Part shown: one piece after another, positions 47,435-56,228 of the stretch
Position numbering within the stretch: the stretch's first letter is position 1
How the letters are laid out: each line of letters opens with the position of its first letter
Source: Blastocladiella emersonii ATCC 22665
Lineage: Eukaryota; Fungi; Blastocladiomycota
Direction: 5' to 3'
DNA length: 64,000 nt
Assembly (NCBI GenBank): GCA_025594325.1
Contig: JANHCV010000002.1
Span: forward strand, 1,302,001-1,366,000
Position numbers and translations under genes: made by a program
The notes under the pieces: model-generated
What the model saw: the letters and a program-made list of their open reading frames with translations, nothing else
What the model was told of the DNA's origin: nothing
Database searches by the model: none

Positions 47435-49521
47435 ATGGAGCCCCGCCGGACCGCGTCGTACCATGCCGACGATGGCCGCGATGCTGGCCCTCGCCGCGCC
47501 GCGTCCAGCGGCGTCGCCGCCGTGACACTGCCGCCCCCGCCGCACGCCGCCGCACGTGTCGCGCAGAAATACGGTCCGCCGGGCCCGCGCGCGCTCGAAT
47601 ACGCGTCTCGGAGTGCGCCATACACGGCGACCGATGCAGCGTCTGTCGCCACGGCGCACGCGTGGCTGCTCAATGGCGGCCGCCGCGTCGTTCACGCCGG
47701 CACGCGCGCGAACACGGGTGTCGAGCCGCGCACCGAGTACTCCGACCACGGCGTCACGCATCCCGGCTACGGCTACAGCTACGACGCGAACCACGCGTCG
47801 CGAGCAACAGAGATATCGCCGATCGCAGGTGGTGGCACGGCGTACGCCCGCCTCGAGCACTCGGGCAACGGCCATGGTCGAGTGTATCGTCCACCTGCCC
47901 ATCGACACTACGGCGCTCATGTCCACGCAACGCCGGCGCGCCAGCATCACGTACCGCACCATGGCGACGACGGCGGTGCTCACGGGCACAGGCCGCACCC
48001 GCCGCAAGACTACCGCAGCATCGATCCGTATCAGCGCTTCTATCAGCGCCCGTGTCCGCGCGAGCACCAGCACTGCTACGCCGCGGCACCGTCATCGGCC
48101 CCAGCTTACCCGCAGCACGACCCTGACCGCCCGCACCATCACCCACGCTCGCATCATCAGCCATCGCACCATTTCGGCGACGCCCGCCCGTCGATGCCGG
48201 ACCTCGAGTACTACCACGCCGACGAGCGCGCCGTCGCCGTCCCGGTACACGATTCTCGACACCACGGCTCGCGCGCCGCCCGCGACTGGCCCGTCGGACC
48301 CGGGACCGCGCACGAGCGTCACGAAGGCTCGCTCGACCCGCGTAACGGCCGACGAACGCGGTCGGCGCGCGCGACCTCCATCCCCGTCAGCACCGCGCCT
48401 CCGCACCAGCAGCACCACTTTCTCGACGTGAGACTAACGCCCGCGGCGCCGGCACGCCCGCTTCACCACTACAACTTCTCGCACTCGGACTACCACTCGC
48501 ACGTGCATCCGCGCGAGTACCCGACGCAGGTGGCCGCGGCGGCGCCCGACTACCCGCACTACCGCCCCGTCCCCTCGCACGCGGCCGCCACGGCTTCGCC
48601 GACACCGTGTTTCGCGCCGGCCGACCGATGCGGCGTGTCCGACTCGATGGCGGGGATGGCCCACGCGGCGCGATCGGGCGTCGTTGCCCTCGCCGCGCTC
48701 GCCGCTGCCGCCGGGGCCAGACCTGGTGCTCCGCCGACTCGGGAAGCTGCTGCAGCGGCGCCGAACGTACCCGTGCCCGCGCCGCAGCTGGCGCCGTTCT
48801 CCGCCGCGAGCACCGCGGCCGCGGCCGAGGACGACCCCCGATCGCGCGCGTCGGCCGAAACGGGCGATAGCGACACCCAGGACGCGACACGGGTACCGTA
48901 TGCTTGGCGCCACACCACGCGTGCGCGACAGTCCCCCGATCACGCGTTGCTCACCCCGGCTTCCACGCGCTCCACTTGTAGCCGCGGCGCGAGTTCTTCG
49001 TCTTCGACCGCGAAAAGTACCGGCTCATGGAGCTCTCGCTGCAGACGCCGGCGACGCCGCACTTCCCTGCGGGCCTGACGCGTAAACGGTGGCGCCGCAT
49101 CATGTCGTACCTCGAGCTGCGGCCCGAGAACCCGCCGCGCCGCACGCTGACGTGGAAGGGGTGCGCGCTGTGGCTCGCGCCGGCCGAAGACTGGCGCGAC
49201 ATCATTCTGCGCAAGTTCCACCTCCCGCCCAACGTCGCGGCCGCCGACCCCGCCGGCGCGTCGGTCGCGCTTATGGGAGAGCACCGTACCTTCACGCAGA
49301 CGCTCAAGTTGGTGCGTGAAACAGGCTAGTCTGCGTCGGCCACCTACTGACTTGAAGCGCGCCGCTCGTAGGTTGCGCGGAGGTACCAGACGCGCCGGTC
49401 GCGCGCGGGGATCCCGCTCGAGCTCGTCGAGCAGGTGTGCCACGAGTGCCCGTGCTACGCCCGGCAGCAGGCTGTGGAAGCTGCCGTGGCCGCGGCCGTG
49501 GCCATCGACGGCGGTCACTAG
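47435..49521 (+). CDS. His/Pro/Tyr-rich protein with C-terminal integrase-type H2C2 zinc-binding domain; introns 48893-48981 and 49312-49371
   Basis: Two phase-0 GT-AG introns yield IILRKFHLP...GEHRTFTQTLKLVARRYQTRRSRAGIPLELVEQVCHECPC, matching the H..(H)..T...V...Y.....P..LV..V...C..C integrase Zn-finger spacing; no DDE domain follows. Confidence 0.65.
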
Positions 49522-49761
49522 CTTTGATGGGAGGACCGCCGTCGTCCTCCCGCCCGCTCCACCCTTCTCCCCTTCTCATTTCCCTCGTCTTGATTTTTCT
49601 CTATCATGCACTCTATGTTTCTCGTCTACCATCGCATCTCCATCGCCGGACGAGCCACGCGTGTCGCTCATGAGCAAGTGCAGCGCGGAAGTCACGGTTG
49701 AAACGCGCCACGTTCACTCCCCTCTCCCTTCGCGCCGACCTCGAACTCTCTCAAATGCACC

Positions 49762-50598
49762 ATGGAAACGAATGAACCTCTCCTCGGACTTGATGCATTG
49801 CCACTGGAGCTGCTCGATCAAGTTCTCGTGCTGAGCTGCCCTCACAGCACGCTTGTCTTCGCCGCTCGCGCCAACAGCGGCGCGGCCCGTTCGCCAATCA
49901 TCCTGCTTTTATGGGCGCAACGGGCCACCCTCTCTGCCAGCTTCGAAGCCTATCACCACTCGACCGACTCCTTCGTCGATGCCATGGGTGAACAAATCGA
50001 TATGTTTGGCCGGGAACTCGACGGCTACTTCTCTCCGTCGCGCCAGTGGCAGTTCCCGTTCGCTGGGTACCTCAAGACGCGCTTTCCGGGCACGCTGCGA
50101 ACCGGAACGGGTGGCCTTTGTGGTGGCCAGCACCCTGATGTCCTGCGCACGCGCCGATCGCAGCCCTGCACGGCGCCCGTCCTCGATGACGTTTACCGTC
50201 TGCGGCCCTACGATGCGGGCGTCGCGCTTACGGACCTCATCTCGGAATTTACGTACGAGCAGCTGCTGTCTCGGCCAAGTGGAGTGCTGCCCCCGAGGGG
50301 CTCCTCCCTCCCCACTTTCTTATTGGATCTCAATGACGTCGACGGGATGCTTTCATGTCTCGACCGACTCGCACTCGTTCTCCCTTGTGTTTGGACCGAA
50401 AAAGTACCTATTGAGCTTTGGTCGAGAATCTGGCTCATCGAACACGCGCCAACGCACGGCCGCCTGTGTACCATCCTAATCCAGCATGAAGAGTGTGAGT
50501 TGACAAGTTTTTTTCGCGCGACGCCCCTGACAGGAGGTTGCTGTAAGGGGGATCGGGCGTCGCGAGGGTCCTCGAGACTTGTGGATCGCAGTGAATAG
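49762..50598 (+). CDS. Hypothetical protein with METNE...LPLELLD F-box-like N-terminus; possibly truncated
   Basis: 278-aa ORF; first 16 nt identical to the start of the 40877 gene; remainder lacks the WW repeats. Confidence 0.5.
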   Translation: METNEPLLGLDALPLELLDQVLVLSCPHSTLVFAARANSGAARSPIILLLWAQRATLSASFEAYHHSTDSFVDAMGEQIDMFGRELDGYFSPSRQWQFPFAGYLKTRFPGTLRTGTGGLCGGQHPDVLRTRRSQPCTAPVLDDVYRLRPYDAGVALTDLISEFTYEQLLSRPSGVLPPRGSSLPTFLLDLNDVDGMLSCLDRLALVLPCVWTEKVPIELWSRIWLIEHAPTHGRLCTILIQHEECELTSFFRATPLTGGCCKGDRASRGSSRLVDRSE

Positions 50599-50925
50599 CA
50601 ACGGCACATGGGGAAGGCTGGTTGGGGCGGCGGGAGTGGAACGTGCCACAGGAATCGCGGTCATGTGAGTGGCTGAACGCGTGAGTGCGATGCACGCGGG
50701 AAAGCTGATAGTGGACATAGAGTAGTAACGTATCACGGGGAGTGCGCTATGAGAGAATGGTTGAGACTTGGGAGCCGCAGAAAGCAGTAAAGGGGGTATC
50801 AAGAAACACAGGGAAGGCTGGATGCGGACGTTGATTGGACGTCGCCCGCGGCGAGGCAGCCGATGCCGTACGGGAGATCACGACGGTCGTTGCAGCCGCG
50901 AGGTGCGCTGGCTTTGGGGCAGCCA

Positions 50926-52348
50926 CTACAGGGGATGGGGAACGTCGCGACAACGGCTGCGGCGAGGACGCGTCGAGGCGACGGACGCGGCGGCGGCCAC
51001 AGAGGCAGCGGCGGCGGCTTGCACAACGCGCTCTGCGATGCGGCGGGCGAGGAAGAGGACATACTTCTTCTTGAGCTCGGGCGACCAGCCGGGCTGCCCA
51101 AACGGGAACAGCAGCGGGAACGCGAGCGGCTCGTACTCGGCCGACAGGACGTTCATGCACTCGTCGTAGAAGCGGCCGTTGTGGTGGCCAGCATCGAGCT
51201 TGAGCGCGAACACATAGGGCAGGTGGTTCTGCTTGGCACGGGCAAACGGCACGAGGAGGGCGGCCGAGTCAAGGATCGGACCCAAGCGACGTGTCGATGC
51301 GCACGATGGGCGTCTCGACCGCGGACCGCGTGTCCTTGATGATGTCGCGGATCTTGACGTAGCCGCGGACCAGCGGGTTCGACTCCTGGAGGATGTCGCC
51401 GAGCGCCTTGACCAGGCGCACCGTGTAGCTACAAAGATGTGGTTCTCCGTGAGTGTGAGTGCGTTCGAGTCGTGGATGTAGTACGACGGCAGACCGGTGC
51501 CGACGCTGCGCGCCACGTCCTCGATTTCGCGGCGCGACTCGAGTCCGTTGGCGAGGAAGCTCTCGCCCAGCGCGGCGTCCGCGCCATCGCCCGCGGCGGC
51601 AGACGATGATGAAGTAGCATCAGGGCCACCGGCGGCTGCAGCTATGGCGGCGAGCGACGTACCACGTTGCGCCCCGCAGCACCGAGAACCTGAGGCGCGA
51701 GTTGTGCACGTCGCACGGGTTGGTGCAGGCGCCCGGCGGCGTGAGCACGGCAGTCATGGCGAGCCGCGAGTTGTGAGCGCGCGCGAACCGGCGCAGGTCC
51801 GCCTCGCGGGCGATGAGCTCGAGGAGCGCGGGCGGGCAGTCGGGCACGACACCCTGATCCACGAAGAAGGCGCGCACGTCGCCGTCCTTGCTGCAGCACA
51901 TGGAGTCAGGCTCGACCGACTTCTGGTTGATGGTCATGGAGCCGTCGGCGCGGACCCTTGGTGTTGGCGCGGACGCGGTGCAGCAACGGGGACGTGCAGT
52001 TCCTGTACCGCTTCCACGCGAAACGGATCGGGCGCGCGTTGAGGGCGGCCTGCACGTCGTCCGGGTGCACAATCGGCGCAGGGGGATCTCGGGCGGCGGC
52101 ACGTCGGGGAACACGACGGGCGACGGCGGGGGCGACACAGGCAGCGGCAGCATCTCGGGGCGGACGAACGGCGAGGGCGTTGGGGTCTCGGGGAGTGGCA
52201 CGGCGGGCGAGCCCGCGACCGACAGCGGCGTGGAAGACGGGGAGGGATCGACGACGGGCTGGGGCGCGGATGGCTGCGACGATCGGGACGTGCGTAGGCG
52301 TCTGCCGCGTGGGTTGCGGTTGAGTTCCGGAGCGCCCAGGCTACGCAA
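50926..52348 (-). mobile_element. Helitron Rep/helicase N-terminal fragment, split over several frames
   Basis: CCSKDGDV...PDCPPALLEL...FARAHNSRLAMTAV, LRGATWY, LGDILQESNPLVRGY and YEPLAFPLLFPFGQPGW match in order the conserved Helitron Rep N-terminal motifs (CCxxG.V, YNS.FAFTS, NPYV, YDPLxYPLLFPxGExGW); HUH and helicase motifs are absent. Confidence 0.75.
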
Positions 52349-52958
52349 ACCATGGAGAACGTTAGAACTGGCATGATGCTGTCCATGCCATCAGAACTGA
52401 AAGTACTTGTTGGCGGAAACGGTAAGTTGACGTGGACGGCGAGGCGCAGGACCGTGCGACATGTAGTGGCCGTGCGGAACGATGCCGCACTGCGGGAGAG
52501 CGGAAAGGCCGATAGGGTAGTAGGCGAAGGTCGGGGCAAAGCCATGGGGGAAGGAGCAGTGGTAGCCGACTGCGGCGGCGGCGCTCAGAGGGCAGGGTAG
52601 AGCAAGGGAGGGGCGGCGAGCAAGGATCGGAAGCTGCATCAGCGGCGTCAGGGGCGGATGGAGCGACATGGGAGGAGGCGGTAGGGACGATGCTCGTGGG
52701 AGGAGAGCCAACAGGGAGCGACACAGCGTAGGGGGACGGCGAGAGGTAGAGGGGCGGGTCGACGGCGAGGCCGGCAGCGCCGGCTGAAGCGGCAGACGGT
52801 GGTGGGTGCCGCGAGTCAGATGCATGGGGTGCCGAGCATTTTGGAGAATTCTGTATTGGGAGGGAGGGAGCTGAGGGGAAGAGCGCCGAGGTCGGGGGTG
52901 GGCGACGGAGGGGAGGAGAAAAAAATCGAAAGGCCGGTCAGAGGTGGGCTGAGATCAT

Positions 52959-53863
52959 GTGAGTATTTTGTGGCGCACGACTGGGATCGCCGCCGGATTT
53001 GCGGGCGTGCCTAATGGTATTTTGAAGTTTACGGGTGCCTTGGTGCTTGCGGCGCTCACCTGCTGGAACCTGGACGCCACCGACTCGTTTCTGCGGAACG
53101 TGTTCGAAGCGGCTCGAGTCCTTGGTGTGGAAAAAATTTTTAAACCTTCACTCGCACTGCTTTCCCATAAGGCACTCTCGTCCTTCCTTCACTCTGACCC
53201 TTTGCTTGTTGATTGCACTTGTTTCTGCAAGCGGATCTACCTCCTTCTTGATCACCCGTGCGAAGCGCATAAGGTCGCGAGCGCTCTCACCGAGCACTTT
53301 TCGACGCTTCTAGCTTCGTCCACCTCCTTTGAAGCCCTAGACGCGGTTATCGATGAGCTCAATGCTGACGATGGCGCAGGCAGCCCAGGAGTGTACCGTC
53401 ATCGTTGCCGTTACGCACCACTGTATTGAGCGTCTGTTGAATCTCATGGAAACTATCAAAGAAGTTGTAAGTACCGATGACGACGCCTGAAAGACCGAAG
53501 TTGCGCCTATTTTCGCGCTTGGGCCGCCGCCGTATCGACCCATTCTACCTCCCTACCGCCCGTCGCCTTGCCGAGCTTCTCAACGCTTGTCTGTGCGATG
53601 CGCCCAACTCGGTTACTGTGGGTGAACCACTGGACCTCGTCGTCTGGTCCATTCTTGGAGCCTTGGCCAAATACAATCCGTCCTTTGTTGTAGATCACGT
53701 CATCTCCTTGGAGCGAGGAGACTCTGATTTGGATGCGGAAACTCGTCGCTGGGGGCCAAGAGCGGTCCCGAAGCTCTGGCCGCGTCGGGGGTTGACTTGG
53801 CACTCTTACGGTCCATGGTCCGTGAACTCGTCTCCCGTGGTGAGATCGAGTGTGCCAGGCTGA
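52959..53863 (+). pseudogene. Degenerate ORF fragments of unknown family
   Basis: Two protein-like ORF pieces (52959-53429, 53477-53863) in relatively AT-rich DNA separated by stops; no motif recognised. Confidence 0.3.
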
Positions 53864-54693
53864 TCGAGGCGGGCATCACCGCTGTCGCCGACTCCAGTGA
53901 CTTTCCGTGGGCCATGGAAGAAAAGGTTGAGTCTCTCTCCTCTGACGACTGTTGATGATTGAGCTGTATGTTTTATTTGGAACGATATACTCTACGAGTC
54001 GCGTGCGAGAGGCAATGAAGCGCGATGCGCCACAGTCAGCTGATGAACGCTGACGCCACTCAGCACGTTCACATCCCCTTGACCCGGCAGCTCGTTCGCC
54101 CGACTCTGACCCAGTATCGCAAAATGAAGCTCATGAAGACATCAGCACTGGGCGCAACGCACTCGGCGCGCGTCAGCCTACCGCTTGAGATCATTGACAA
54201 CATCCTGGCGCGGTGCATTGGGCGCGTTCGCAAGTCCGGCGCCCAAGGCCCGCGCGCCTGTGCCCTTTTGCCGTACCTTCGCGTCGTCCGCGGACTCGAC
54301 CTTGCTCTTCGTGCGTCATTTGACGCATTTCCTCACACGCAGCTCTTGGCGGCTACGCAAAAGGGTCGGATGGATGTTCTCAAACTCTGGGCCAAGATCA
54401 ACCCGCGAACATGCCCGTTTTGAGAGGCCGACGCGTGCAAACTTGTTAACCAGGCCAGCTGCAGCGGCAATGTCGACGTACTTCAGTGGTGGTTTGACAT
54501 GTGGCGCAGGTGGCAGCACCTTGTACCTTGCTTCAAATTTGACCAGAATGCAATCGACCGCATCTGCCACCACTTCCTCATCTCGTCGGTGCCGCTCACC
54601 GAGGTGACCGATCCAAAGCACGCTTCCACATTGTCGCAAGCCGAAGATTCGATTTTGTCCGTCCTTGCTTGGTGGGCCGATCATCTTGACCAC

Positions 54694-54879
54694 TGTCACG
54701 GTTCAGTGATCCGACGGCTCGGGCTGGTGGCGCGGGCTGGTGGCGCAGTCCCTCATAAGCCGAGCGTTGCCCTCGCTCTCCCTCTCTCTTGTCATTCGTG
54801 ATACAATCCTTCATTATCCGGCTAGTCATTCCTCGTGGCACAAGACCCTCCCCCTCGGCACCTTACACTTTGTATCACC
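54694..54879 (+). repeat. Left terminal inverted repeat (186 bp)
   Basis: Exact reverse complement of 56043-56228; contains 13-bp tandem GGGCTGGTGGCGC x2 (54721-54746). Confidence 0.95.
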
Positions 54880-54921
54880 GTAAAACCCCCTCCGAGCGGT
54901 GATTTCTTCCACGACGGCAAA

Positions 54922-55998
54922 ATGATAACGCTGGCACAGTTCCTCGAAAAGCTGGCGACGTTTGACGTTGCGGCCATTGTCCCCGAGTACCAGCTCGCGC
55001 CGTGGCGCGACCTGGTCATGCCGTACGAGGACAAAGCCAAGCTCGTCTTCCTCGCGCTCAACGTCGCCAGCGACTACTGGCAACTGGGCGTGTCGACCGA
55101 GGCCCGCGCGGTCGCGGCCAAGCGGCGCGCCGAGACGGCGGAGCGCCGCGCGTATGCGCTCGAGGTCGAGCTGCGGCAGACGCAGCAGAGCCAGCCGCTC
55201 AACGGTATCCTGCAGGGCGAGCTCGACAGCATCCAGGTCAGCAGCGCGCGCGGGCCGGGCGTGGGCGTTGATGGCTTCACGCCGGCCGCGATGCACGCGC
55301 TGATGCGCATGAATTCGGTTGACGGCGTCAACTTCAAGGTCAAGAGCGCCATCACGCAGTACGAGAGCATCCTCCAGCTCACGTTCAACGTCCCGGAGAA
55401 GTTCAAGATTGCGCACTTCCACGGCAAGCTGACGGGCAAGGTGCTCGAGGCCGTGGAGCTGGCGATGGCCGGGTCCAAGTTTGAGGACTACGGCTCGTTC
55501 AACGCCTACATCTCCCTCGTCAAGTCAACGCAGCCGGCCGAGAAGTCGGAGACCGAGTACGCGCACGAGCTCAAGAACCTCAAGTACGTGCGCGGCGCCA
55601 TGCCGGCGCGCGATTTCGTCTCCAAGTTCCGCCAGACCGCGTCCGGTGCAGGCTACCGCGCGCTCAGCGAGCTGGCGATGCAGTTCTACCTGGTGGTCAC
55701 GGCCGGCAACTCGCCGCTGGCCGCGGACGTGGCCTTCGCCTCGCTGCGCAAGGGCTACCGTTTCGACAAGATGGTCGAGCACTTCCTGGTGCACGAGGGC
55801 GGGGCGACGGGCGTCGCGGCTGAGCTCGTCCCGGACCCAGACGCCATGGACGTTGGCGCGATTCGGCAGTGGGCGGCGGCGCACCAGGGCCGCGCCCTCA
55901 CTGACATCAAGTGCTACAACTGCAAGGGCTACGGCCACAAGGCGGCTGATTGCCCGTCGCCCCCGCGCTCGTCGTCGGGAAACGCCAGTCGGGCGTAG
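54922..55998 (+). CDS. gag: Ty3/gypsy-like Gag (capsid-like region + CCHC zinc knuckle)
   Basis: ATG 54922, 358 aa, intact; PDAMDVGAI motif followed by CYNCKGYGHKAADC (CX2CX4HX4C) and SGNA, the usual arrangement at the end of gypsy-type Gag. Confidence 0.82.
   Translation: MITLAQFLEKLATFDVAAIVPEYQLAPWRDLVMPYEDKAKLVFLALNVASDYWQLGVSTEARAVAAKRRAETAERRAYALEVELRQTQQSQPLNGILQGELDSIQVSSARGPGVGVDGFTPAAMHALMRMNSVDGVNFKVKSAITQYESILQLTFNVPEKFKIAHFHGKLTGKVLEAVELAMAGSKFEDYGSFNAYISLVKSTQPAEKSETEYAHELKNLKYVRGAMPARDFVSKFRQTASGAGYRALSELAMQFYLVVTAGNSPLAADVAFASLRKGYRFDKMVEHFLVHEGGATGVAAELVPDPDAMDVGAIRQWAAAHQGRALTDIKCYNCKGYGHKAADCPSPPRSSSGNASRA
55977..55983 (+). other. Candidate -1 ribosomal frameshift slippery heptamer G GGA AAC
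   Basis: X XXY YYZ heptamer in the correct phase just after the zinc knuckle; the -1 frame closes at TGA 56094-56096. Confidence 0.6.
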
Positions 55999-56042
55999 CG
56001 GAGCAGGCCGCGACGTCCTCGAAGCCAAAACCTGCGGATTTG

Positions 56043-56228
56043 GGTGATACAAAGTGTAAGGTGCCGAGGGGGAGGGTCTTGTGCCACGAGGAATGACTAG
56101 CCGGATAATGAAGGATTGTATCACGAATGACAAGAGAGAGGGAGAGCGAGGGCAACGCTCGGCTTATGAGGGACTGCGCCACCAGCCCGCGCCACCAGCC
56201 CGAGCCGTCGGATCACTGAACCGTGACA
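56043..56228 (-). repeat. Right terminal inverted repeat (186 bp)
   Basis: Exact reverse complement of 54694-54879. Confidence 0.95.

Larger units (their letters stand above)
54694..56228 (+). mobile_element. Non-autonomous 1,535-bp element: 186-bp perfect terminal inverted repeats, TGTCAC...GTGACA ends, 5-bp TSD ACCAC, gag-only cargo
   Basis: Base-by-base comparison of 54694-54879 with the reverse complement of 56043-56228 shows identity; ACCAC at 54689-54693 and 56229-56233; internal CCHC ORF. Confidence 0.93.

Noticed and set aside
50494-52964. TGTGAGT at 50494-50500 and 52958-52964 as a TSD around the Helitron-containing block
   Set aside because: Helitrons do not make TSDs, the word contains the common GTGAGT splice donor, and no terminal structure was found; it may be chance.
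54694-56228. Classification as a standard DIRS or standard LTR retrotransposon
   Set aside because: No tyrosine recombinase or RT, a 5-bp TSD with TG..CA ends (unlike DIRS), and repeats that are inverted rather than direct (unlike LTR elements); no PBS or PPT identified.
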